56,715 bases of DNA from NCBI GenBank assembly GCA_000934665.2, contig JYFJ02002466.1, positions 1-56,715 of the forward strand. The letters are read 5' to 3'. This document shows positions 1-12,432 of the stretch, piece by piece; the first letter of the stretch is position 1, and each line of letters begins with the position of its first letter. The notes beneath the pieces were generated by a model. It saw only the letters and a program-made list of their open reading frames with translations. It was not told the origin of the DNA and ran no database searches. The position numbers were made by a program, and so were the translations under genes. Origin of the DNA: Catajapyx aquilonaris (Eukaryota).

Positions 1-599
1 AATATCACGGTCCAGAACAAACGTTGACTCTGGAAATTTCTGTGGGTTCAAGAAGACCCTTCATGCCATGGAATCACAGTTATTTCAAAATATTTAAGCT
101 ATTTTGTGACATAGAAAAATGAGCCAGGAGTGTGAACTTTTTATTTCCGGGAAAACTCGGGGCACGCTTTGGAGTGATGCAGCAAGGTCATGTCAAATGA
201 ATAAATCGTTTTTAAAATGTTGTTTTATACCTGCAACTATGTACAATTTAATTATAGTATTGAAACTTGTCTAATGTTAATAATAAAATTGTAAGAAAAT
301 ATAGCATGCTTTAAAATGAGATCGGGACATGCCAAGAATAGTGATTTTAGGCCCTTTGACATTTTTTGCAGTAAAACTTAATTTAATATTTTTCTTTGTT
401 TTCATGGGGATGGCTAGGTGTCAACGGCTTCTCCAAATGTTTAGAAAATCAACTCTCTCAGTCAAGCCATTTTTGAGTCATTATGCTGGGACATGGTATT
501 GGTAAGTTTTTGGAGAATCACCCAATAACGGGATTACAAATACATTGCTCTTACAGCTGGCCAACCAAAATTTTATTTTTATTGCGTTCGATTGGAATT

Positions 600-1399
600 T
601 CGTTGTATTGGTATTCGCTAAAACGAGATTTTACTGTGTCTGAAAGGCTTCGAACACCGTCAGCAGTGTTTTTTGTGGAGGAGTCACGCAGAGACCACCC
701 TAAGATATGCTTCCCTCTTACACAAACAAAAGCCATCTAAGGGTCCCTTCATTTTTGGAGTTAATTGTAATCACATGTACTCATGTCAGATGAATAGGGA
801 GGATGTTCCAACAGCTTCCATTCCCATTTCCAAAATAAATCTCCGAACAGCAATAACTGCATGACAGCAAGGGTTGTCGTGGAAGACAATGGGGCCCTTC
901 TGCAATAAATCTTCCTCTGAAGGCAATTTCTGTGTGGCGATGATGTTGAAATCATGATATTGATGCTGCTTTACAATTTCCATTGCCAATTCCATGCAGG
1001 TCCATTGCCAGTCCATATCCAACAGAGTTGTCACAGCTTCGACATGGGTAGGGTCTGTTGCAGTAAGGGAGGGTGCCTTCTTTAAAAGCTAGTATGAACC
1101 TTGCAATGGTACAATACGGAAGGCCGAGTCACCAAACGTCTGCACAAGACCTTGATAGTGCTGTCTGGCAGATTTTCCACGTGAAACAGGGATCTTGATG
1201 AAGCAGGGCTGTCTTAGGGTGCTCAGGTGGAGGGGTACACTTTCAACAGGCACCTCTCCGCACATACTGCTGCGAATGCTTCGCAAATGGTACGTAGAAT
1301 TCCCCAGGGCTGACTCTAAAAGTACCTATCCACATTCGGTCCTGGCAGCCTGGGGTGCCAAGTGGTAATAGTGTTGCCAATAATTATCCGACAACCCTG
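600..1399 (-). mobile_element. Degenerate mariner (DD34D) transposon remnant
   Basis: Minus-strand fragments in different frames: N-terminal 'CFIKIPVSRGKSARQHYQGLVQTFGDSA', 'PIVFHDNPCCH' (HDNARPH-like), 'WKLLEHPPYSSDMSTCDY' (YSPDLAPxD-like), C-terminal 'NTADGVRSL'. One end reads ...GACAACCCTG|TA at 1399; the other TIR was not found. Confidence 0.85.
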
Positions 1400-1469
1400 T
1401 ATATGGCACTACTCTGATCCCAAAAAAGGAGTTTCCACAATTTTTTTCACTTCTGGTTGGGTTTACATA

Positions 1470-1999
1470 TGAGGGGCATTCCTAAAGTTTGCACCTTTGC
1501 TTTGGGTTGAAGGAAAAGAAAGAAAGGGTTCAAATTGCACGCATGTATTAGTCCTTCTCTCTATTTCAATCCTGCAGAGCCACACATTTTTCCCAGCGAT
1601 GTACGACCTGTGGGACACCATCATTGTAGAAGTTGACACTATGTACTTAAAAAATGTTTTCAACCTCTGTTGCCGTGGTAGGAGCTTGTGCTTCTCCCAT
1701 GACCGCAAAGACCTGTCCGGCTTGGGAGACCCTCCCAGTAGACAAAACTGCTGCTGGCATCCCTCTTCAGGGTCATAGGAGAAACAAAAGCCCCCCCGAC
1801 CATGACAACAGAGGTTGAAAACATTTTTCAAATTCATAATGTCGACTTCTTCAATGATGGTGTCTAGCATGTTGTACATCACTGGGAAAAATGTGTGGCT
1901 CTGCAGAATTAAAATAGAGAGAAGGACTGTGTTGTTCAATTTGAACCGTTTCTCTCTTTTCCTTAGACCCGAAGGTGTGGACTTTATGAATGACCCTCG
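1470..1999. mobile_element. Mariner-derived foldback MITE made of two inverted transposase 3' ends
   Basis: TA-flanked TIRs TGAGGGGCATTCCTAAAGT / ACTTTATGAATGACCCTCG. Both ~200-bp arms encode a mariner C-terminus (FYNDGVPQVVHRWEKCVALQ on minus; FFNDGV*HVVHHWEKCVALQ on plus). Confidence 0.85.
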
Positions 2000-2025
2000 T
2001 ACACCCTCCAGTAAGAAAAAAGGCA

Positions 2026-2104
2026 CTATTGGCATGGAAATTGTCTGGACACTTGTCAATGGTCATCCTATCTCCAAGTGTTCAGACCATTTCTGTGCCG
2101 ATAG
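2026..2104. mobile_element. Degenerate short palindromic mini-MITE (CTAT...ATAG termini)
   Basis: CTATTGGCATGGAAATTGTCTGGACACTT pairs imperfectly with AAGTGTTCAGACCATTTCTGTGCCGATAG. TSD is degenerate. Confidence 0.5.
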
Positions 2105-2922
2105 TCCAACATTGCATCATGCATCATTGCATGCTTATTGGGAAAGCGCCAAAGCAACTACAGGTTGTCTGGCATAGGGGAGGGTAAGAGGGGTAGAAAT
2201 ATTTTTTGACTGTGGGAAAAAAACTATACAATCCACACAAACACGGAGAGAAGCCATCAAAACTCTTTCCACATGAGAAAATCCTGTCTGACCTGGGGAC
2301 CCCAGAGGTGGAAGGCTGTGAGTCTAGCTACTACACATCTGTACCACCCCCTTTGGGCCAAGTACTGTACTTTTCTCACTTAGCCAGGCAGCCTTTCTTT
2401 CTTTTGCTTGTCCCCACTCAAACAAACTTGATCACTGATCATCAAATGGCACTTTTAAATATTAACAGAACTGTCAGTAAAAAAGTTAGTATTGGGTTCA
2501 TTCCACCACTTTGGAATATCAACACCTTTGGAACAGCACAGTACTAGCTCAACTATATCCAGCCTCATCCAAAAACCTACCAAAAAGTAATGTAGTGAAG
2601 TGACTTCACTTATTTATTAATAATTGGCAAGACCTATAATTCTTAACACATCTTCCACAAACAGTGACACAGTACCTCACATGTTAACTTGTATTCAACT
2701 GCATGAATCACTTGAGTGTGAGGTATATGCTTAGACTTCCTCAAAGAGGAATACAAGGCCTTCCTCTCACTGCTAAGAAATTTGAATCCCAGGTTTTCAC
2801 CATTTTCTTTCCTGCCCACATTATGTGTCCACTTTAGAAATGTTTTAACATTTTTTAAATCGCAGATAATATTTTGGCCCCACCAGTATGTGGCATGGTA
2901 ATTATTCCTGATATTATTTTAA

Positions 2923-3999
2923 TCCTAATAAGATGGGCGTATCATATTCTGATACGGTAACTTTAAAAAATTCTGCTGGCGAAACTATAGCGTTTCCCCA
3001 CACGTAACGTCGTTTCTGTGTGGCTTTTTAAATTTTCTCTCGCGTAAAAAATCGCGAGTTTTGGACTACAAAATCGTGCATAAATAAACCGGATTAACCA
3101 GATTAACTTGAATGAAATCATCTTTTTGCAGCCGCTGAAAAAAAACTTGAAAAAATATATATATCCGACCTTGACCTGCCAATTTTTGGCATACATAGTT
3201 GCCCCCAAACCTCCTCAAGAGATTCCACCCTAAAATTAGTGGAAAAGATAATTCAATAGTTTTAAAATAAATAAATAACGTTCGTAAATGCCAATTAGCG
3301 ACTGGCGGACGTCTGCGCCACTTCCTGCCGGCCTCAGTCTGGATGGAGGGCGCATGCCTCGTGCGGGTTTTGAACAGCCACGGCTCAAGGAATGTTTACA
3401 TTCGTGAGGGTGTGTGTGTTTATCAATATAGCTCGCCAGGCTGCTCTAAACTTGACATTCTTAACTTGTATAATTTTTTCAAAGATGCCTGTAAATTATT
3501 GAAATTTTGTGATATTGTTTTGTAGAGTGCTCGGTTTGGACAACATTTGTTATTTGTTACTATATATGTGAGTCCCCCCCCTACTATGGAACGCCAGTTC
3601 CCTTTGGGGGGAGTATCAATAAATGTGATTTGATTTGATTTGATTTGATTTGAATATAGCTCGCCAGGCAGGCCTGTGACGTAATTCATGCTACGTGCTT
3701 ATGTACTGCTTTGTTCAGCGGTGCCAAGGCTACATACCGATAATTTTTTGTCAAGCAGGCAGAGTGACAAAAAATTGGAGTAGGCGCAAAACATACCCCT
3801 GCGCCACCTTGTTGTGCATATAAGAATTTACCTCTCCGAAAGGCATGAGAGGAGGGTCACATAGATGGCCTCAGGATCAAGCCTGGACACTAGAAGATCT
3901 TAATCACTAGTGTTTTCAAGTCTCGTCCCCCATGTGCCAAAGAAAGCGATTTTTTACAGATACTTGCAAAAACGCGAAAAACCACCCGTCTTATTAGGG
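2923..3999. mobile_element. Non-autonomous piggyBac-like element
   Basis: TTAA at 2919-2922 and 4000-4003; TIRs TCCTAATAAGATGGG / CCCGTCTTATTAGGG. Confidence 0.75.
3442..3652 (+). mobile_element. 5'-truncated non-LTR retroelement 3' end (L2/CR1-like) nested in the piggyBac-like element
   Basis: Exact 17-bp TSD AATATAGCTCGCCAGGC at 3425-3441 and 3653-3669. The 3' end has a CCCCCC...GGGGGG stem-loop, AATAAA and a (GATTT)n tail. Confidence 0.75.
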
Positions 4000-4125
4000 T
4001 TAAAAGGAACTAGCAATAGGCTCCATAGGTTCTGTTACAGTGTGATGAATATATTGTACTGTTTCATATTATGGGAAGTATAATTGAAATGTGAGCTTTT
4101 TTTTTTTTTTTTGTAAGCCACTAAC

Positions 4126-5542
4126 CTTGATGTTCTGGCATGTCATCCTGACCTGCAACTTGAGCTCCACCTTTCTGCAGCCACGGGGATAACATCTCAG
4201 TCAATGTGGTGTATGCTGAGAACTGGATCCCTGCAAAGGGGGCAATCTGCATGAGGGTTGGAAGTAGCCCCCTGAAGAAAGCTCCTGCTCCTTCTGTCCT
4301 GTACACGTGAATCCCTGCATGCACCAAGCCGTGGTACACCTGCAATTAAGAAAGGTCAAGTGTCGTGCTAGTCCACAGCTTCTTTGCCAAACTGACCTGC
4401 ACATTTCCCTGAGCGGCCAACCTAGTCCTGAGAACATCAAAGGGCATAGAAGCAGTGTTGGCAAAGCAGCCTGCCAAAGCCCCACAAGCGAAGTGGGAGG
4501 CTGGGCGAAGGGACTCGGAGGACCAGGTCAGCTTGGTCAGCGCCTCAAACGATGTGAACTGAACCCCCAGCACACAAACAGGACGGTGTACAAGTCACCC
4601 ACACACACAAAGAGACAAAGTACAACACAAGCAACGATGGCAGGTTTGCTTTCCAAGGGCCAGGTGAAGCATAATATGTCCTCCTCTACATTTTCTCACA
4701 CTGAATAACCAGTTGTGAGAATTATCAGAGCGTAACAATGCTATGAGAAAATGAGCCACCCTGTTGAACGTAACTGTTGTTCCATGCTTACATGTGCCAA
4801 TGCATTATGAAGAAGCAATATTTCAGGAAGAGTCCAGTTGAGTCTTTGAGATGTGTCTTCAGGTGACATGAACAATATTGTCCATATCAAGTTGCACCTT
4901 TCATTGCCTAAAACAACAATTATGTTTGAACTGATCAAGTAACTATTAACTACTCAACTACAAGGAATGTCTAAAATGCAGAGAAGGAAGTACTCATAAA
5001 TACACAGCATCCCAATACCTGAATCATGTTGCCAAATATAGGCCCAAATATATAGGGTGCAGGTATGTGCCTGTCTTATAGACAGGAACAAAGGTAGTGG
5101 ATTGGGCATCCCCAACCAGTGGAAAGCAAACATATCCCAGCAGCATAAGCAATGCCCAACAAAGCTACTCCAAGACACAAAAAAGAAAAGGCATGTATAC
5201 CTGTGCTATCCCATACACGATGGAATACCACTGTGCTGGAACATGGCCCTTCCAAAGGGCGCCCATCCCTTCCTCTCGTACAACCAGTTTGAATGTTTGG
5301 ATCACACTTGAGTACTTGTGCGATGCCACTTGGCTGGCTGTTGGCTCCACTTGAAGCTGCAAACAAATAATTATTTTAGACACATACAATATTTCTAGAG
5401 TGTGTGACCATACCTGCAGCCTGATCTTCACAACATCAAGCGGCTGTGTAAATAATCTGGAGAACATGCCTGAGGCAGCAGCTGCAGTAGCATACTGGAA
5501 TGGTGACAGCTCTCTTCGCTTACCTGGGTCATACCCAACCAT
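4126..5542 (-). CDS. SLC25A19: Mitochondrial thiamine pyrophosphate carrier (SLC25 family), 3'-partial
   Basis: Exons 5542-5414, 5356-5201, 4558-4397, 4339-4126, all GT-AG and frame-consistent. Protein has the MVGYDP start, 'QPLDVVKIRLQLQVE', '[32 protein letters not shown]' and 'PFDVLRTRLAAQG', i.e. carrier PX[DE]XX[KR] motifs. The third carrier repeat was not found in the window. A possible 5'UTR intron lies at 5624-5560. Confidence 0.93.
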
Positions 5543-6333
5543 GCCGTATCTAAACTCAGCTGTAACCAAATATGATTATCCGTTGCCTCAAGGTTCAAGT
5601 CATTGCTGGCCTACTCGCACTTACCGGCCGGTTTCTCATCTGTCAAAAGTTAGTTTCGGGAAGGTCGTTCTTTCAGGATCTGTTCCAAAATGAGGGATCA
5701 CTGGATCAACAATGGCTGCCTCCTTCAATCGGAACCTGATCAGAACAACTCTGCTTCATAAAAAAACTTCGGTCGTCACCCGGGTACTCACCGGTACTCA
5801 CTTCAAAAAGTAGTTGCTAAAAGTGTTCAATAAATAGATGATTGTGCATAATTATTTGTGTGGTTTCACAACCAGAATAGAAACAGAGAAAGACGCAGAA
5901 TGACAGCTGATTTGATTGTCAGATAATATTAGTTAAAAATAGCTGCTAGTGCTAAATAGCGGTAACAAAATGCAATTCCTTTTCATTTTATTAACATAAT
6001 TATTACGAATAATACGATCGTTAATTTTAATACGTCTTGGTTCAGAGGATTAGAGGGCTAGAGAGCATGTCAGCAGGGTATGGCACATGGTCTGGCAACT
6101 CGACTGCGGACCTACCGAAATCCACCGAAATCCCATGCGAAATCCCCGAAATCTCATTGCCATTGCCCGCCATTGCCGAGGCCAACACCGGAAACTTCAA
6201 ACCTGTATAGTGTACGTATCTTCTCGCTACACCGCATGGCGGTCCATCCCTAGTCGAAATTGACGGCTAGGTTTAAAGCGGTTTAAACTGTTATTATTAT
6301 TAGTCGGAAGCGTATCTCTGGTAGGCCTCTTTA

Positions 6334-6536
6334 GGCCCGGTTCACTCGTGGCCACTGTTAGTGGCAGCAACGACTGGCCACAGCAATAATACTGACCACT
6401 TTTGGAATTACACATTGAGAGAGTGGCCAGTGGCCACGTGAGAATACTCACATTAAATCATCAGTAATTCCAAAAGTGGTCAGTTCCTGTGGCCAGTCGT
6501 TGCTGCCACTAAAAGTGGCCACATGTGAACCGGTCC
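6334..6536. mobile_element. PIF/Harbinger-type (Tourist-like) palindromic MITE
   Basis: TTA on both flanks; TIR GGCCCGGTTCAC / GTGAACCGGTCC; ~75-bp inverted arms. Confidence 0.8.
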
Positions 6537-7589
6537 TTAAGACACTAATTGTTCAATCAATTTGCTGAAATTTCATGTCTCATTATTAAATAAATTGTGT
6601 CAAGTGTAACCGAGTGTAACTACACTATAATGTAGCCTATAGCAGTCTTAAGGACAGTATCCACATAAAAGATTTCTCGCGCCCGAGGAGCCCGGATCCA
6701 AGGTACGAGGAAAAGTTTAAAAAAAAAATCAACTTTAATCCCCTTTCCGAGGGACCAGAGGGGCCCTGAGGCGACAAAGAGTCCTTCTCGATGGACAAGA
6801 TTCCTTGCTCAAGAGGACTCATGCCCGAGAAAATTTTACTTCGATACCAGCCTTTAGAGCGCCACTATGTCACGTGGATGAAACGAAAATATTCAACTGT
6901 TAGTACACTCATATTACATAATACTATTAGATATATTACATTTACTATTCCGATATATCTATGAGTACACTAGTCATGTGACCTCCTTTCCAGGAATGAG
7001 TGGTCAGCATACAACATTTCAAAACCTTAGCTACTAGTAGAGTAGGCAATGCCGCAAGCCGGTGAAAAGAAGAACAAGCTGAAAGCTGGTGTCCTGACCC
7101 GGTTCGTCTCATGCAGTGGTGTGCGAGGACGTTACCAACCAGTTTACCAGATTTGATCAGAGCAACGCACACTACAGAGGTGCTAGGGACGATAGAGTAA
7201 AACAGTAAATTTTATGTGCTTGCAGCTTTAGTGAGGTTTATAGTGTATTTTGTAGGGCTGACCCCCCAGTGGGTATAGGTGAAGTCTGCAAAATGATCAG
7301 ACAAGTAATGGGATGTTGGGACTGTCCACTCATATTATTTTTATATTTACATTTATGTTTTTATATTTGATATCATTTATTGTAAAAAGCTATCATATAT
7401 AATATAATACAGGGCTTGGAAATTTATCGTACAATGGCTTTGGAGGATAGTAGAGGTGTTCTAGGCGATCATTTTAAGGATAGGCATCAAGGGTCTCCAC
7501 ATGCTAGTTACCTAGATAATTAGCATCAAATAATGCGTTGTCAGCTTCTATGTCATGGATACAGCCTACAGCACTTCCATCTTCTAGGC

Positions 7590-8049
7590 CAGGGGTTCTC
7601 AACCTTTTCGGGCCTCCGCACCCCTTTGAAGACAGTTGGTCCTTGCACACACACACACACACACACTCATGTTATAATGTGCTATCCTTGTGAGGGTCTG
7701 GCAAAAATAAAAATTTAAAACTAACCTAACCTAACCTACAAAAAACACACGATATTTTGGTGACCTATTTTTTCACAGTAAAAAGGAGGTCTTGGTTTGA
7801 TTTTCCGCCATCCTTGTGAGGACTGTGTACCTTATGAGGGCCTGAAAAAAGTCCTCGTAAGGTTTTCGGTCCTCACAAGGATAGGAAACAAGCGAAAAAA
7901 ATCCTCACAAGGATAGCAATGTCTGATCACACACACACACACACACACACTATAGGCGTGATTGGTTAAGTTCAGAGTTAGATCAAGTCCAGGGGTGCAC
8001 CTTCCTCATACCCCCTGGGGATGCAGGCACCCCAAGTTAAGAACCCCTG
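7590..8049. mobile_element. hAT (Charlie/Buster-like) MITE
   Basis: TIR CAGGGGTTCTCAAC / GTTAAGAACCCCTG; degenerate 8-bp flanks centred on CTAG. Confidence 0.65.
7666..7928. mobile_element. TIR element inserted in a (CA)n microsatellite
   Basis: (CA)n on both sides; repeated TCCTTGTGAGG / CCTCACAAGGATAG subterminal motifs in inverted orientation; internal (CTAAC)n. Confidence 0.65.
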
Positions 8050-8814
8050 GCCTAGCCCAATGCCTGCTTCACCTAATGGGATGGTATGGTAAATTGAAAC
8101 TGTATGGTAAAACCTAAAATTTAAATGAAAATGGTAAGGTTGTGTGGAGGGATGTGCCAGGATGTTTTATACCTTGTGTTTGACATCCATTATCTCAGTA
8201 ACTATGCTGTGGAGACCCACGCCTAGCTTTAGAATTATCGCCTAGAATCCCTCTACCATCCTCCAAAGCCAAGGTACGATAAATCCTCACCCTGTATAGT
8301 AGCAGCCTATACCTTTGTGTAAAGTGCCTGGAATCTTACCTTGAGCAGGAGAAGACCAAGTACCAAAGTGTTATGTGAACACTTTTAAACACGATCTGGC
8401 ATTTCTGGTACGTTGTCTCTGGGTAATGGGTATACGTACTAACTTTTGGAGCATGGGGAGCTGATTCACGGCCATCATGTGAAATATTGGTAAAATTCTT
8501 CTAGATTTGCTGCTATCTGTTTCAAAAATGCAGTTCCCTGAATTGGCAGCAAAATTGTACAAATACTACAGCATTAAAAAAATAATTCCTTGCATCATAA
8601 GAAACCTGATTCAAACACTTTCAACTGGACAAGAACAAATGTTTCGTATCGATTTTTTTTACACATACAGATGAGGATACAGGCCGAATTTAGCGCGGAA
8701 GAATGGCTTTAGTGCTATTTAGGCAATTTTTTAAAAAAATGAAAACCGCGTGGGGTAGAAAAATACCCCACGTCGTAGCCAATGTATGGCAGAGTCACAT
8801 CGGTAGTTAAGTGC

Positions 8815-9395
8815 TAAGAAAGGAAATGGCATCACAACATGCAGTTGAAATGGCCCCCATTTGTGTCCAGGCGGATTTTGGAAGGTCTTCGCCAGCATGT
8901 CCTGAGGCACTGCCTGAATTTCTTGGGTCATGTTTTCTTTCAAGGTGTTGATGGACTGTGGTTTGTTTCAGTACACTTGCGCTTTCAGAAAGCCCCATAG
9001 GAAGAATTAGGAGCGTAAGAACAGGCGACCCCGGTGGCCCAAGTCCCTTCAAAATGACTTGGTCGCCAAGAAAGGACTGAATTTAGGCCATGCTGGCATG
9101 TGATGTGTGGCATGTGTACCGAAACAAACCACGCTCCATCGAAGCCTCGAAAGAAAACATCATCCAAGAAATTCAGGCAGTTCCTCAGAACATGCTGGCC
9201 AGGAACTTCCCAAAATATGCAGAGTCGTGTTCAGGCTTGTCTGGATGCAAATGGGGGCCATTTCAACCACATGTTGTGATGTCATTTCCTTTCTCACAGT
9301 ATCAGGTAAATTCATGTCAAATTTCATTGCAATATCTTCATTCATGTTAAAGTTATTAAAGAAATGCCGGGTAAAGTAGCTAGTGGGACACCCTG
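8815..9395. mobile_element. Tc1/mariner-superfamily (rosa/maT-like) foldback remnant, left end lost
   Basis: Inverted arms at ~8815-8980 and ~9115-9296 both encode a transposase C-terminus (VYRNKPRSIEASKENIIQEIQAVPQNMLAR, followed by RVQACLDANGGHFQ across frameshifts). Right end GGACACCCTG|TA. Confidence 0.8.
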
Positions 9396-9952
9396 TAGTT
9401 GCAGAATTGGGTAAATGTAACAAAATGAAAATCTTTGTTCTGTGTGACAGTTATCCTTCTGACTGAATTGTAGCAGGCCCTAAGTAGTTTAGCTACTAGG
9501 ATGCTACATTTTACCATGAAGAACTTGGATACAGCAATACTTTTTTTTTCCTTCTTCATTATAGAGTGACTGAAGATGTCTTGGATCAAGTTGCCAGGGC
9601 CTCTCATGAGGATCACATCAACATCAGTAGCATACTTAGTGTAAAGGTTGGGGGTGCGTTGGTGGAAGAGGAGGATGAGGCTGTTGAAGAGGGAGGAGCA
9701 AGCAAGGAAGCAGAGAGAAGCAGCTGCAGTCTCAGTGGAGCATATATGTGTTGTTTTTCCCATGCATTGGGAAGCCCAAGTGGGATTATGTAGAAAATGT
9801 GAACCTGACACCATATTTACATCATGAGGATCATGTTGCGTAAGGGGCACATACTTTTGGATTAAAGTTTTCTTTTTTAACTTTGTTCCATTTTGCAGAA
9901 CCATTATTGGTTACCTGGACAGATGCCACAGCAGGTTGGACTTATGTATGTA

Positions 9953-10054
9953 CTATATCGCTCAAAAACATAAGAGACGATTTTCCATTTGATTCAAGTG
10001 CAGGCTGCACTGGAGTCAAATGCAAAATCGTCTCTATGTTTTTGAGCGATATAG
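9953..10054. mobile_element. 102-bp palindromic mini-MITE inserted in PLD6 exon 2
   Basis: CTATATCGCTCAAAAACATAAGAGACGATTTT...AAAATCGTCTCTATGTTTTTGAGCGATATAG. It sits at the TA of codons ATG-TAC; the right TSD reads AA. Removing it plus 2 nt restores the PLD6 frame. Confidence 0.9.
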
Positions 10055-11564
10055 AACCTCATTACCCATGTGCCGTTGAGTGTTGCAGTGATCCGATGCC
10101 ACCGAAGGGGTGTCAAGGTCAGGATCATCACTGATATTGACCAAAGCAACACCCATATGTCACAGATCCCACGATTTCTAAATGCCGGTATGTATATTGT
10201 AACAGAAATAACTTCACTCTGAGCCCAACAGCCACAGGCACACTTTGGCTAACCATAGGAGACCCACATAAACATGTAGTATGAACTTGCACAATTTAAA
10301 GTGAAATGATGAGAATGAAAAGTGCCCAAGTCCAATAATCTACATAAAATTTCTAGGAGACACAAATACTAGTTTAATTATTGATTGGTAGAAGAAGGTT
10401 TCTTCCAAAACTCACTAAATTCTCTGCCAGCCTTTGGACAGGGAGACTGAAAATCCAGTGACAACCTGCCAGTATTTTGTAAGTGGTAATGTGGTAATGT
10501 GGTAATGTTTCTAAAATGGACCCTTTTCAGTATGATCACTTGCCCTATCTTTCTTTCACTCTTTCTGTAATGTAATACTCAGGGGAAAATGGATGAAACA
10601 GTGACAGAAGAAGCTTGGTTAGATAATGCCATCATTTATTGCTCATTTTTCTATGGTGCAGGTGTAGAAAACCACTCCCTATGCTCGCTTTTTTCTAAGC
10701 CTGCGGCCTGCAGTGCCCACCATATTTTTAATCGCTTCGGACTTATAGCCAGTGATGATGCCCAGCATCCCCGAATCATATGCATACCTCCCACCCCCAC
10801 CCATTCCTCCGTACATTCACAGAATTATCCGTGACAGGATCCAGAGCATGTGTAGTTCAAAATGCAAGTGTCAACAGATAGCAGCTCATTGGGTACTCTG
10901 ACATTTTTTTCCTTCCCATTTTTTTTTCTTTCTGGTTTTCTGCCACTTTGTAACTGCTAAATGCTTGTTGCCGGCTATCAAGGGGTAAACAAAATAAATA
11001 AAAAAAATGCTTGTTGCCATGGGCCAAACACATTTTACTCTGGATGGATTGCATATGCAATTAGAGAAACTGAAATTCACTGTACCAGCAAATATGTTGC
11101 CCAAGATTATACATTGAATATGATTCCCAATGAAAAGGGGGGCATGGTGCTCTAGTGGCTAAGCTACTAGCCAGCCAAGCGGGAGGTCTGAGGTTCAAAT
11201 CTCGTCCCCGTCACCTCTGCTTGGTCTGGTCTTTTTCCGCTTTTCACCTGGTTCGGGCGGAATTGCACTCCCTTTTCTGCCCAGGGCCAAGAGAAAAGGT
11301 CTGGTATTTAACCCTTTGAGACACCTCGTTAGATGTTAATGTGTTTCCCTTCGAAAAGTCATGTGACATGGTCACTGGGCATCAGTTACGCATGGAAAAA
11401 ATATAACAAAGTGATTCCTTCCATACTTATGTAGTTATGAGGTGCTTTCCTCCTGCCATCACCATGGCACATTTAGCGAATCTTTGAAAACAGTAGCAAA
11501 TAGTAGTGAAGAACTGCCACTCCAAAACCCTTTATTTGACTCTATAGCACACTTAAAAAAAACA

Positions 11565-11810
11565 ATTAATACCCCGTGATAGGGCGGAGCCCTCTTAGGG
11601 GGGAAGGGGAGGTTCCCAAGGGAAGGCACTGTAATTTTAGTCATTTCTGACTGTAAAATACACCAGACCTTTTCTCCTGGCCCTGGGCAGAGTAGGGAGT
11701 GCAATTCTGCCCCGGCATGTCGGGTGAAAAGCGGAAAAAGACCCGGCCAGGCAGAGGTGACGGGGACGGGATTTGAACCCCGGCCTACTGCTTGGCTGGC
11801 CAGTGGCATT
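11565..11810 (-). mobile_element. SINE family A, copy 2 (slightly 5'-truncated)
   Basis: Reverse complement matches 11160-11310 and 52620-52835 (GGTTCAAATCCCGTCCCCGTCACC...GAATTGCACTCCCT...AAAGGTCTGGT). Confidence 0.85.
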
Positions 11811-12044
11811 TAAAAAATAATAATTTTCAGCGGCACAATGCAACATTGACTGTAGAGCATGGCCACCTGAATCTGTGCACAATCATTGTCTCACAACAAT
11901 GTACCCAAATGGAAACACCTGTAATATTACAAGTTGTTGGCTTTAATACGAAAACAAATTACTGCCTGTTTCCATTTTGCCCTGAACCAATAAACTGTTC
12001 TGAATGAGAAAATGGCACAATTACTTATCGAAGGCTTCAATGTA

Positions 12045-12432
12045 CAGGGTGTCCCACAAGTTCTGGAACCATAGGAGTTTTCTGTTACATTGTTGTAGTG
12101 TATGGTTACATATACATGTATATTATGAAGACCTCGGGAGAAAAAACGATCAAGGTCCATCTCAGGTGAAACTGATATATTCCCATTTTTTCGAAGGCCC
12201 ATAAGACTCCAATGTAAATCCCACGTTCGGGACCTTCCATAGTGACCTATGATCATTACTCCACAACCACGACCAAACCATCATCTTCTATGCAAGTGAA
12301 ACTATCTTCTGAGATAATATGTAACTCATTTTTGAGAAAAAGTGAACCTTGATCTGTTTTTCTCCCGAGGTAACCATATCTGCAACAATGTAGTAGGAAA
12401 GTCCTATAGTTTCAGACTTGAGGGACACCCAG
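12045..12432. mobile_element. Tc1/mariner-type MITE
   Basis: TA|CAGGGTGTCCCACAAGT vs ACTTGAGGGACACCCAG; ~110-bp imperfect inverted arms. Confidence 0.7.

Larger units (their letters stand above)
7410..8294. mobile_element. Tc1/mariner-type MITE hosting nested insertions
   Basis: TA|CAGGG...CCCTG|TA; ~120-bp imperfect inverted arms (ATTTATCGTAC..TGGCTTTGGAGGATAGTAGAGG / CCTCTACCATCCTCCAAAGCCA..GTACGATAAAT). Confidence 0.75.

Noticed and set aside
1..530. DNA transposon end (…GAGAATCACCCAATA)
   Set aside because: Only one possible terminus; any partner would lie outside the window.
1463..2059. 198-aa ORF and overlapping ORFs with repeated sequence
   Set aside because: By-product of the foldback MITE's inverted arms; not the transposase frame.
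2180..2900. Missing last SLC25A19 exons
   Set aside because: The minus-strand frames I read show no third carrier repeat; it probably lies beyond the window start.
9380..9904. 174-aa minus-strand ORF
   Set aside because: Antisense shadow of zuc exon 1; no recognisable protein.
9946..10054. MITE acting as a self-excising new intron that rescues zuc
   Set aside because: All nearby GT/AG pairs give a stop or frameshift, and exon 1 has independent lesions.
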